Assembly (NCBI GenBank): GCA_051747585.1
Contig: JBNJGH010000039.1
Span: 1-29,772 of the forward strand
Length of the DNA: 29,772 nucleotides
Reading direction: 5' to 3'
Source of the DNA: Candidatus Rifleibacteriota bacterium
GTDB taxonomy: Bacteria > Muiribacteriota > Ozemobacteria > Ozemobacterales > Ozemobacteraceae
Within the stretch, counting starts at the first letter, position 1; each line of letters opens with the position of its first letter. Made by a program: the position numbers and the translations under genes. The notes beneath the pieces were generated by a model that saw only the letters and a list, made by a program, of their open reading frames with translations, was not told the origin of the DNA and did no database searches. Positions 16,879 to 25,278 of this stretch are shown in pieces.

Positions 16879-17550
16879 TTAACTGCAGGCTTCTACAATA
16901 AAATAAGAAACCTTTGCTTGTTCATTGTTATCTGTTCTGGTTAAAGAATCTATTTTTATATTATTAAAACCTGCCTTTTGCCATAGATGCTTGATTTCGC
17001 TGCTGGTAAAAAAATGAATCGTACCTATTTGGGCAAGAGGTCCGCTGGTTAAATTTCTATAGGTATTCTCTTCCAGCCGTTGTCCGGTTTGGTAGCCGCT
17101 GGTTTGGCAATCGAAAAGCCCGGTAGACAAAAACTTCCCTCCTGGTTTAAGTATGCGCGTTATTTCTTTTAGTATCAGTTCGATGTTGATCTTTGAGTTC
17201 GCTGAAATGGCTGCGGCATCAACAATGGCGTCAAAAGAGCTATCGGCAAAAGGCAGAAGTCCCAAATCTGCCTGCAGGATTCTACCTTGGGGGTTAGTTA
17301 TGGTTCTGACAAGCTCATCGCACTTTGTCGCTGCCCTGTAACTGCCATCCACTGCAAAAAAATCAAAATTTTCCCGGGCTAGAAACCAGCAATTGGCTCC
17401 TTGACCGCAGCCTAAATCAAGAATTTTCATTTCAGACCTGTCGCTGGCGGAAAAGTTTCTGAAAACAAATCTGATAACTTCTTCGGCGGGGTATTTTCCC
17501 CAGTTTTTGCTCTGATGAACTTTGTCCCATTCCTGATCAAATGTTTTCAT
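16879..17550 (-). CDS. Class I SAM-dependent methyltransferase
   Basis: KILDLGCGQG motif I, LPFADSSFDAIVD, RILKPGG. Confidence 0.88.
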   Translation of the reverse strand: MKTFDQEWDKVHQSKNWGKYPAEEVIRFVFRNFSASDRSEMKILDLGCGQGANCWFLARENFDFFAVDGSYRAATKCDELVRTITNPQGRILQADLGLLPFADSSFDAIVDAAAISANSKINIELILKEITRILKPGGKFLSTGLFDCQTSGYQTGQRLEENTYRNLTSGPLAQIGTIHFFTSSEIKHLWQKAGFNNIKIDSLTRTDNNEQAKVSYFIVEACS

Positions 17551-18607
17551 TAATAACTCCGTAATGATAATGCAGCAGGGTCGATGGCTCCGCGCCGGTT
17601 AATTTCTGCCAATGTTTTGAAACATTGTTATATATATCTGGCCGATGAATTATTTTTCCAATATAAAATTTGTGTCGTTCTTTTGAAAAGCCTTTTTTAA
17701 ACCGGAAAAGACTGTCATTTTTATCATTGGTTCTGCCACCACCGAGATGGAGCAGCTTCAGCCCGTTTTGATTTGCTTCTTGTGCGGCTTTGAGCATAAG
17801 AAATTCATTGGGGCGTAAAAAAAGAAATTTTTGATCTGAACCGCCAAGATGAAAATGCATGCTCGTTGAATCTTTAAGGAAAACGGCAGCGGCCGCGATT
17901 GTGCCGTCTCTGGTTCTGGCAGCTCTAAGCAATATATTGTTTTGATTTCGTCGATTTAGATTGTTGAAATAATTTTTGCCGAAAAAGTAATAATCATCGG
18001 CTTTAAGCTTCTGCATAGTTTGATGGTAAATAAAAATGAATTCTTCTAAGCTGCACTCACCATATTTTAGACCCGACTTGCAGGCTTTGCGAAAATTTCT
18101 TCGGCGTGCAGAACTGCAATCTTTTAAAATTTCCTGCAGGCAATTTTTGCTATTTATGCTGACTGTTGTTCTATTTTCGCTGACTGTTGCCCTTTCGCTA
18201 TAAGGCAGATGGTTAAGAGTAAAAGGATTGAAACGAATAAATTCGGCAACAATTTTATTTGCCAGACACCATTCATGGTGCAGACGATGAAACTGACGGG
18301 CGGATTTGTCCTGCTTGAAGTTAAAAAATGGGCCCCCGTAACCGTAAGGAGTTTCTATATCATAAAAATCTTCGAGACCGTACCTGGGCGGGACTGACTT
18401 GAGTAGAAAGGGGTAGAAAGCAAGAATATTATTGTCTGAATCGAAAAAAGCCAGGGCTGTAGGCTTCCCTTCGCCGTTTTCAGCCAGCATTTGAAAATAT
18501 TCGAAGTTGTAATAAAATTTGGCGGCAAAATCGGGCAGCTTGTCTAAATAAAATGTCCAACTTTGTGGATCGCATTGTTTAACTATCACTATTTGTTTTC
18601 CTGCCAA
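17537..18607 (-). CDS. GNAT-fold (FemAB-like) acyltransferase
   Basis: DIETPYGYGGP, IVAEFIRFNP, HFHLGGS, LHLGGG...SLFRFKKGF, typical of FemAB-like GNATs in glycan loci. TTG start overlaps the neuB-like gene. Confidence 0.75.
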   Translation of the reverse strand: MAGKQIVIVKQCDPQSWTFYLDKLPDFAAKFYYNFEYFQMLAENGEGKPTALAFFDSDNNILAFYPFLLKSVPPRYGLEDFYDIETPYGYGGPFFNFKQDKSARQFHRLHHEWCLANKIVAEFIRFNPFTLNHLPYSERATVSENRTTVSINSKNCLQEILKDCSSARRRNFRKACKSGLKYGECSLEEFIFIYHQTMQKLKADDYYFFGKNYFNNLNRRNQNNILLRAARTRDGTIAAAAVFLKDSTSMHFHLGGSDQKFLFLRPNEFLMLKAAQEANQNGLKLLHLGGGRTNDKNDSLFRFKKGFSKERHKFYIGKIIHRPDIYNNVSKHWQKLTGAEPSTLLHYHYGVINENI

Positions 18608-19622
18608 TATGATTCCAGGCTATGGGTTGATCTGATTTAATCGCTTTTGTACATTTTCGGCCTGTAATAGTAGTTAGAAACTCCGGCTGTATTCCGTTTG
18701 CCGGTCTTTTGCAGGTAATGTCTGCAGCAGTTATTATCTGATTGCTTGTAAGGTCTTTGGTGGCACAGATACTACGTCTTACCAGCTCGATATTTTTTTC
18801 TTCAAATTTAGACGGCTTTTTTACAGTAGAGCCCAGCATGTTTGCTGCTTTTCTAATTGATTCAATCAATTGTTGCAACTCCTGCGGCTCTATGGATGCC
18901 GCATGATCCGGACCGGGCATAGTTTTGTCGAGGGTAAAGTGCTTTTCAATAATTTCAGCGCCAAGGGCAGTAGCAACAATAGAAGCTTCATTGCCGATGC
19001 TGTGGTCTGAGAATCCGGTTGGCAGGTTAAAAGCAGTTTTCAGGGTCTGCATAGCTTTGAGGTTAAGTTCTTCGGTTTGCGCCGGGTAGCTGCTGGCACA
19101 GTGTAAAAGCATTATTTCATTCGCTCCATGTTGTTGCAGGGTGTTTAAGGCTCTTTCCACTTCTCCGATTGTGCTCATTCCCGTCGATAAAATAACCGGT
19201 AAACCCCGCGTTGCGATCATTTTAAGAAAAGGAAGATTGGTAATTTCTCCAGAGGCAATTTTTATTGCCTCTACCTTGAGTTTGCATAAAAAGTTCAAGC
19301 TTTCTTCGCCATCAGGGGTAGATAAAAATCTGAGGTTCAATTTTTCTGCCTGTTTTTTTAATTTAACAAAGTCAGAGAAAGGCAGCTCAAGCTCAGAAAG
19401 CATTTTATACTGATTTTTATAATTGCTTTTTTGCTGATATTCGGCAGTTAGCGCTGTATTTGATGCGCATTCGTATGCTTTGAAAGTTTGAAACTTGATA
19501 ATGTCGGCCCCGGCTCTGGCGGCTTCTTCAACAAGTTTGCAGGCTGTTTTAAAATCACCGTTATGGTTAACACCTGCTTCTGCAATTACTATTGGTTTAT
19601 ATGAAAAGGAATTAATAAACAT
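18579..19622 (-). CDS. neuB: Nonulosonic acid synthase (NeuB/LegI/PseI family) with C-terminal SAF domain
   Basis: IAEAGVNHNGD, IKFQTF, KIASGEITN, ILSTGM, LHCASSYP, GFSDHS, IEKHFTLD...GPDH, KRPANGI. The exact sugar product cannot be determined from sequence. Confidence 0.88.
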   Translation of the reverse strand: MFINSFSYKPIVIAEAGVNHNGDFKTACKLVEEAARAGADIIKFQTFKAYECASNTALTAEYQQKSNYKNQYKMLSELELPFSDFVKLKKQAEKLNLRFLSTPDGEESLNFLCKLKVEAIKIASGEITNLPFLKMIATRGLPVILSTGMSTIGEVERALNTLQQHGANEIMLLHCASSYPAQTEELNLKAMQTLKTAFNLPTGFSDHSIGNEASIVATALGAEIIEKHFTLDKTMPGPDHAASIEPQELQQLIESIRKAANMLGSTVKKPSKFEEKNIELVRRSICATKDLTSNQIITAADITCKRPANGIQPEFLTTITGRKCTKAIKSDQPIAWNHIGRKTNSDS

Positions 19623-19625
19623 GAT

Positions 19626-20189
19626 TTAATTTTTTTGCGATATATGCATTGGGTGGTTTAAATAATAATTTAAGGAAACCGATTTGAACCTGGTTAACTT
19701 TGGCTTTTTGCTGCGGGTTATGCCCATGAATTCAGAAATATGCTTCAGTTGAAAGGCAAACACTTGAAGTTGGCCCGATTTAAAGTCATCTTGCCAGAGG
19801 GTTTCGAAATAGTTTTCAATAGAGGCCTTTTGCACGGATAGATTGCAGCAGGGGTCCAATACCTTGTTATGATAAACGACAAAACTATGGTATGGCCATT
19901 TCTCTTGAGGCTTAAATTTTAAATAGTTGAGGTCGGGGTTTAAGCTGTTTTTCTGGTAATCTTTTTTTAGAATTATGACAATTCTGGTTTTGTTTGTGCT
20001 GATTCCGCTTTCAAGTAGTTTCCCATAGAGGTTGATCGCGTTTTCTATGTAAGACCCCGTTTGCAATTCCTGGCTGGAAAGATTGTTACAGTACCTGGCA
20101 AATATTTCGCCGGCTCTGGCAATATTTTTAGCAGATACGGGAAGATAAGACACTAAAATCAGATTGATTGTCAATAATAAAAACTTCAT
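19626..20189 (-). CDS. Hypothetical secreted protein, possible papain-like/transglutaminase fold
   Basis: Signal peptide MKFLLLTINLILVSYLPVSA from ATG 20189 (AGAAGG upstream); contains WPYHSFVVYHNKVLDP. Confidence 0.55.
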   Translation of the reverse strand: MKFLLLTINLILVSYLPVSAKNIARAGEIFARYCNNLSSQELQTGSYIENAINLYGKLLESGISTNKTRIVIILKKDYQKNSLNPDLNYLKFKPQEKWPYHSFVVYHNKVLDPCCNLSVQKASIENYFETLWQDDFKSGQLQVFAFQLKHISEFMGITRSKKPKLTRFKSVSLNYYLNHPMHISQKN

Positions 20190-20249
20190 AAGAGCCTTCT
20201 TTATAATCAATAGAAAGCATAACAGAAAGAGGGACTTTGGTAAATAAGC

Positions 20250-20278
20250 TTGAAGTTATCTTTGAGTATATCTATAAT
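20250..20278 (+). promoter_or_regulatory. Sigma70-type promoter for the DUF362 operon
   Basis: TTGAAG (20250-20255), 17-bp spacer, TATAAT (20273-20278); AGGAG RBS at 20291-20295. Confidence 0.7.
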
Positions 20279-20301
20279 GTCATCACAAACAGGAGAAAAT
20301 T

Positions 20302-21624
20302 ATGACAAAAGCAAAAGTTGCGGTTTTAAAAACTTCACCGGCAACTGTACTGGCTGATTATCACAGACTGTTAAATCTGGCGGGTTATCAGAATGTTTTA
20401 GCAAAAGACATAGATACGGCTTTAAAAATAAACATTTCATGGCATTTCTTTTTTCCCGGAGCTTCTACGACTCCATGGCAGCTGGAAGGTGTGATTAGAG
20501 CCATGAAAAAAGATGGGTATAATCCCGATCTAATTCATGGTTGTCATAACCGCACCGTAGTCATAGATTCACATCTTGGTGAAAGAGAAAACAAACAGAT
20601 AGATGTAATAAAGGCTCATAATCTTCGAAATATTCATTTGTATGAAGGTGAAGAGTGGGTAAATGTCAGAGATGCGGTTGGTGATCTGCACAAGGAATTT
20701 CTCTGTTTGAATGATGTATATCCAAATGGGTTTTCTATACCTAAAAGATTTATCGGCGAAAATATTATTCATTTACCTACGGTAAAAACACATGTTTTTA
20801 CCACAACTACCGGGGCAATGAAAAATGCATTCGGCGGGTTGCTCAATGAGCACAGACACTGGACCCACCCGGTAATCCACGAAACTCTGGTCGATCTTTT
20901 AATGATTCAGAAAAAAATTCACCCCGGTGTGTTTGCGGTTATGGATGGCACTTTTGCCGGCGATGGCCCGGGCCCCAGATGCATGAACCCGAGAGTGAAA
21001 AATATTATACTCGCCTCGGCAGATCAGGTTGCAATTGACGCGGTTGCCGCTTCATTGATGGGTTTTGCCCCGCTTAGTGATTGTAAGTATATTCGCCTGG
21101 CTCATGAAAGAGGCCTTGGTTGTGGCGATATAAAAGAAATAGAGCTGGTAGGCGATGTTGAAGCAGCCAACGAAAAATGGAACTTTGACGGCCCCTTTAA
21201 AGAAATGACTTTTGCTTCAAAACAACAGCATAACATCTACTGGGGATCTCTTAAAAAGCCGATTGAGTGGTCGCTTAAAACCTGGCTTGCGCCATGGGCT
21301 TATATTGCATCTGTCATATATCATGACATGTACTGGTATTCGGTTGAAGGGAAAAAACGCCTTTATAAAATGCTTAAAACCGACTGGGGACGATTATTCG
21401 ATAATTGGGAATTATTGCAATCTGATGAAAATGGCTATCCTGATCTCGGCCCATCTGAGCGGAGAATGAAGCTGACTACCAGGCACTTCTTCGAGGTCTT
21501 GCGCCTGATAGGTATGGCTATTAAAGAATCCCCCGAGTGGCAGGCGAAAGCCGGGTCTCAAAAAACTTGTATGACATGTGCCGGCCCCGACTGTAAAACA
21601 AAAGACTGTTTGAAACAGAGGTAA
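20302..21624 (+). CDS. DUF362 domain-containing protein with Cys-rich tail
   Basis: LKINISW, LPTVKTH...TGAMKNAFG, MDGTFAGDGPGP, LASADQVAIDAVA...MGF; tail CxxCx4Cx4C. Confidence 0.8.
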   Translation: MTKAKVAVLKTSPATVLADYHRLLNLAGYQNVLAKDIDTALKINISWHFFFPGASTTPWQLEGVIRAMKKDGYNPDLIHGCHNRTVVIDSHLGERENKQIDVIKAHNLRNIHLYEGEEWVNVRDAVGDLHKEFLCLNDVYPNGFSIPKRFIGENIIHLPTVKTHVFTTTTGAMKNAFGGLLNEHRHWTHPVIHETLVDLLMIQKKIHPGVFAVMDGTFAGDGPGPRCMNPRVKNIILASADQVAIDAVAASLMGFAPLSDCKYIRLAHERGLGCGDIKEIELVGDVEAANEKWNFDGPFKEMTFASKQQHNIYWGSLKKPIEWSLKTWLAPWAYIASVIYHDMYWYSVEGKKRLYKMLKTDWGRLFDNWELLQSDENGYPDLGPSERRMKLTTRHFFEVLRLIGMAIKESPEWQAKAGSQKTCMTCAGPDCKTKDCLKQR

Positions 21625-21632
21625 GAAAATTT

Positions 21633-21869
21633 ATGGGTTCATTTTTAGTGCTTACAGGTGTTTTATTACTAATGGCAAGCGCAATCTGGATAATAGGAGA
21701 GGTGCTTAAAAAAGATGTTATTCTTGCAGCTTTGGCTTTAATTATTTTTCCGATATTCAGTATATTCTGGACATTCTGGGTTGATTATCAAAAATGTAAT
21801 ACAGCCTTTTATCTGGGTCTGGCCGGTGCCATTCTAGCCGGTGCGGGACTTAAGATTGGAATTTCCTGA
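21633..21869 (+). CDS. Small hypothetical membrane protein (about 3 TM)
   Basis: 78 aa, almost entirely hydrophobic; tightly spaced between DUF362 (8 nt) and STAS (17 nt). Confidence 0.65.
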   Translation: MGSFLVLTGVLLLMASAIWIIGEVLKKDVILAALALIIFPIFSIFWTFWVDYQKCNTAFYLGLAGAILAGAGLKIGIS

Positions 21870-21886
21870 TTTGACAGGGGGACATT

Positions 21887-22213
21887 TTGGCAAATACCAG
21901 CTTGAAAATTGAAATTATTGAAGCCGGCGAACCCGGTTTGTTCGTAAAACTTTCCGGTGAGCTGGATCAGCTTACAGTGCAGCAGCTCAGAGAAAAGTTG
22001 CAGGATCTTTCTGCCGAAAAAACAGAGCAGCTTGTTTTTGATCTTGAAAACCTCGAGTTTATGGCAAGTGCCGGTTTGGCTGTTTTTGCCGCTTATTATG
22101 AAATATATCAGAACAATAACTCCGGACAAGTTTTAAAAATAATCAAATGCCCCGAAAATGTAAAAAGAGTATTTGAAATTACCAAAACTGCAGAAATTTT
22201 TCAGGTCAGTTAG
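21887..22213 (+). CDS. STAS-domain anti-sigma factor antagonist (SpoIIAA/RsbV-like)
   Basis: VKLSGELD, VFDLENLEFMASAGL with the phospho-acceptor Ser region, VKRVFEIT; TTG start with AGGGGG RBS. Confidence 0.88.
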   Translation: MANTSLKIEIIEAGEPGLFVKLSGELDQLTVQQLREKLQDLSAEKTEQLVFDLENLEFMASAGLAVFAAYYEIYQNNNSGQVLKIIKCPENVKRVFEITKTAEIFQVS

Positions 22214-24327
22214 AATTTTATTCCCATAAATTTCAGAATAAAGGCATATTCGAAAGCTATTTCTTTAAGAAAATCATAACGGCCTGAAGCACCGGAATGG
22301 CCGGCTTTCATATTTGTTTTAAGCAATAAAATATTATTGTCTGTTTTCTCTGAGCGCAATCTGGCAACCAGTTTGGCCGGTTCCCAGTAAGATACCCGCG
22401 GATCGTTAAGTCCGGCGGTGACAAGCATTGTAGGATAATCCTGTTTTTTTATGTTGTCATAGGGAGAATAGGACATCATATACTTAAAATATTCTGGATC
22501 AGCAGGGTTTCCCCATTCTTCATATTCCTCTTTAACCAGGGGAAGAGTAGGGTCAGACATGGTGTTGATCACATCAACAAAGGGAACATCGGCCACCACA
22601 ATTTTGAAAAGTTCCGGTCGCATATTTGTAACTGTACAAACCAGAAGACCGCCCGCGCTTCCGCCTTGTATTACCAGATCGTCAGGGCTTGTATAGTTAT
22701 TTGTTATAAGATGCTCTGCGCAGGCAATAAAATCGGAAAAGCTGTTTTTCTTTTTGAGAAGCTTGCCGTCTTCATACCAGAAACGTCCCATCTCCTGACC
22801 GCCTCTAACATGGGCTATTGCGTAAGTAAAACCACGATCGAGAAGACTGAGTCTGATTGAAGAAAAATATGGATCAAAAGATGAGCCGTATGAGCCATAG
22901 CCGGTAAGATAAAGAGGAGAAGGGCCTTTCTTTTGATCTTTACGATAAACCAGTGATATCGGAATTTTAGTTCCGTCTACTGCAGTGGCAAAAATTCTTT
23001 CAGAGATGTAGTTGTCAGACCTGAAGGTGCCTAATACTTCGTATTGTTTTTTTAGAATTTTTTCATCAGAAATTATGTTGTAGTCAAAAATTGACTCGGG
23101 AGTCGTCAGCGAAGTGTATCTGAATCGAATTTTATCTGTATCATATTCCGGGTTGTCGTCTAGATAAACTGAATAGACCGGTTCGTCTAAATTAATGGTT
23201 TTAAATTCACGGCTGTTCAGGTCATAGACTTTAAGTCGGGTAAGGCCCTTTTCGCGAAAACTTATAACAATAAAATCTGCGAAAGGGGCTATATCATCGA
23301 TAAGGATATCCGGGTCATGTTCAATAAAAGTTTCAAGTTTTCCCTGTTTTTCTGATTGATCTGTGGTTTTTAATATTTTGAAATTTCTGGCATTTTCGTT
23401 GGTCAAAATATAAAAATCATTGTTCTGGTGGGCCAGGTAGTATTCTATGCCCTTTTTTCGTGGGCTGAAAATTTTGAATTCACCATCGGGATTATCTGCT
23501 TTTAAATATCTTACTTCAGAGGTGGTCGAGCTGTTCGAACTTATAAGCACATATTTTTTATCTCGGGTTTTACTCACGTTAACCCAGTATTTACCGTCCT
23601 TTTCTTCGTAGACAATGCTGTCGCTGGCTACAGGAGTATTCAGTCGGTGTTTCATAATTCGATAAGCTCTACCTGTTTGATCTGACAGGGTATAAAAGAC
23701 TGTTTTGTTATCCTCAGCCCAAACCAGGCCATAAGTGGTTGAAGAAATACTTTCAGGGTATTCTTCGCCGGTTTCGAGGTTTTTGAATCGTAGATTGAAT
23801 TTTTCTGAGCCTGAAAAATCAGTTGAATAGGCCAGTATGTCGTGCGCTGGACTTACTGTAATATCACCGGTGGCAAAGTATGAATGATTCTTTGCATAAA
23901 TATTTTCATCAAAAATAATTTGTTCGACCGCCGGATCATCAACAGGTTTTCTGCAATGAATCGGATACTGGCTCCCTTCTCTGGTTCTGCTGTAATAGAT
24001 ATAAGGACCGTCTTTGGTGGGCACCGACATATCGGTTTCCTTAATGCGACTTTTCATTTCTTCAAACAGATATTTTTGTGTCTTTCCGGTGTCGGCCATA
24101 ATGGCTTCTGTATACCTGTTTTCCCGATCTAGATATCTAATAACTTCGGGATTATTTTTGTTTCTAAACCAGTAATAGGGGTCGAGGATTTTGTGGTTGT
24201 GCATGTTATAAACTTTTACTTCGCGCTTGGCCTCTGGCTGTGTAATCATAGAGTTGCCATAAGGTGCGGCAAAATTTAAGTTGTTTAGAAAAATGGTGAA
24301 AATTATTATGAACAAAGCGAATTTCAT
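22210..24327 (-). CDS. ptrB: Oligopeptidase B (S9A prolyl oligopeptidase family) with signal peptide
   Basis: DPYYWFR, YGSYG, HVRGGQEMG, GGSAGG nucleophile motif, EYEEWGNP, DPRVSYWEPAK, AGHSGASGR. Start reassigned to ATG 24327 (AAGGAAG upstream). Confidence 0.93.
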   Translation of the reverse strand: MKFALFIIIFTIFLNNLNFAAPYGNSMITQPEAKREVKVYNMHNHKILDPYYWFRNKNNPEVIRYLDRENRYTEAIMADTGKTQKYLFEEMKSRIKETDMSVPTKDGPYIYYSRTREGSQYPIHCRKPVDDPAVEQIIFDENIYAKNHSYFATGDITVSPAHDILAYSTDFSGSEKFNLRFKNLETGEEYPESISSTTYGLVWAEDNKTVFYTLSDQTGRAYRIMKHRLNTPVASDSIVYEEKDGKYWVNVSKTRDKKYVLISSNSSTTSEVRYLKADNPDGEFKIFSPRKKGIEYYLAHQNNDFYILTNENARNFKILKTTDQSEKQGKLETFIEHDPDILIDDIAPFADFIVISFREKGLTRLKVYDLNSREFKTINLDEPVYSVYLDDNPEYDTDKIRFRYTSLTTPESIFDYNIISDEKILKKQYEVLGTFRSDNYISERIFATAVDGTKIPISLVYRKDQKKGPSPLYLTGYGSYGSSFDPYFSSIRLSLLDRGFTYAIAHVRGGQEMGRFWYEDGKLLKKKNSFSDFIACAEHLITNNYTSPDDLVIQGGSAGGLLVCTVTNMRPELFKIVVADVPFVDVINTMSDPTLPLVKEEYEEWGNPADPEYFKYMMSYSPYDNIKKQDYPTMLVTAGLNDPRVSYWEPAKLVARLRSEKTDNNILLLKTNMKAGHSGASGRYDFLKEIAFEYAFILKFMGIKF

Positions 24328-24448
24328 TTTTTTATTCTTCCTTACAAACAATTGGGTTTAATTCATCGAATATTCTATAATAAAATTTCCCTTTATGTTA
24401 AATTTGTTTTGCAGAAATGTTAACAGAACTAAGTGAAAGGACATTCAG

Positions 24449-25276
24449 ATGTTAAAAAATCGTTTGTTTAAACTCCTTCTCGTTTTTGCTGCGGTGGTGA
24501 CTATGCCAATTGCTGCTCATGCTATTTTCATTCCTGATCCTGGTGAAATTCAGGTTGATGGACTGGTGAGCTTTGGTGAAGATGGGGCGGCATGGTTGCA
24601 TTGGAAGGGGCATAATATACTTGTAACTTCCGGTTATATGATTGGAACTGATTTAAGAGTGGTAGCAATCAGACATGACAGCGTAGTTTTATACCGCCCT
24701 GAATCAAAAAGATATCATGTGTTGAAGCCTGAGGCGCCTCTGGCCTGGAAAGATCGTAACCATGTAATCTGGACTAACCGGATGCCAATCTGGAAAATCA
24801 GCAGAATGGCTGGACTTGCTTACAGAAAAGATTATATTTGTAACAGTATGACCAATGGGGTTAATCAGGTGAGAAGACATGTTCGTAATATGCCATCGAT
24901 GATGGAGGTTGTGGTAGATCCGCATCATCGCTATTATGGCAAAGATGGCATTTTTTATGTTGCACCGGTTCACATTCATGGCCATGGCTGGAAGCATTAC
25001 ATGGATAGAATTCAAAAATATCGGGGTAGAACTCTTAAAGAATGGTTCCCTGTTCTGGAAAAGAAAAGTACAATTATAAGTGACGGTAGACCTTTAGATC
25101 AGATTTTACAAAAAATCGCTTTTAAAACCGGGGTGAATATTCAATGGCAGAATCCGCAAAAAGTGCCTCTTTATTGCTCTCTAAGAGATCGTCCCTGGTA
25201 TGAAATTCTGAAAAATATAGTAGTTTTTAACGGTCTGCAGCTTATTCCGACAAATGAAGGCTTGGTGGTTAGATAA
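24449..25276 (+). CDS. Secreted hypothetical protein with PilP/GspC-HR-like and secretin N0/STN-like segments
   Basis: Signal peptide ending AHA; IQVDGLV...AWL...VTSGYMIG..LRVVAI..DSVVL; C-terminal PLDQILQKIA..TGVNI...LRDRPWYEILKNIV..NGL. AAGGA RBS. Confidence 0.55.
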   Translation: MLKNRLFKLLLVFAAVVTMPIAAHAIFIPDPGEIQVDGLVSFGEDGAAWLHWKGHNILVTSGYMIGTDLRVVAIRHDSVVLYRPESKRYHVLKPEAPLAWKDRNHVIWTNRMPIWKISRMAGLAYRKDYICNSMTNGVNQVRRHVRNMPSMMEVVVDPHHRYYGKDGIFYVAPVHIHGHGWKHYMDRIQKYRGRTLKEWFPVLEKKSTIISDGRPLDQILQKIAFKTGVNIQWQNPQKVPLYCSLRDRPWYEILKNIVVFNGLQLIPTNEGLVVR

Positions 25277-25278
25277 AA

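Noticed and set aside
20272..20287. Possible CRP/cAMP box near the DUF362 promoter (TCACA half-site)
   Set aside because: There is no TGTGA half-site at the required 6-bp spacing.
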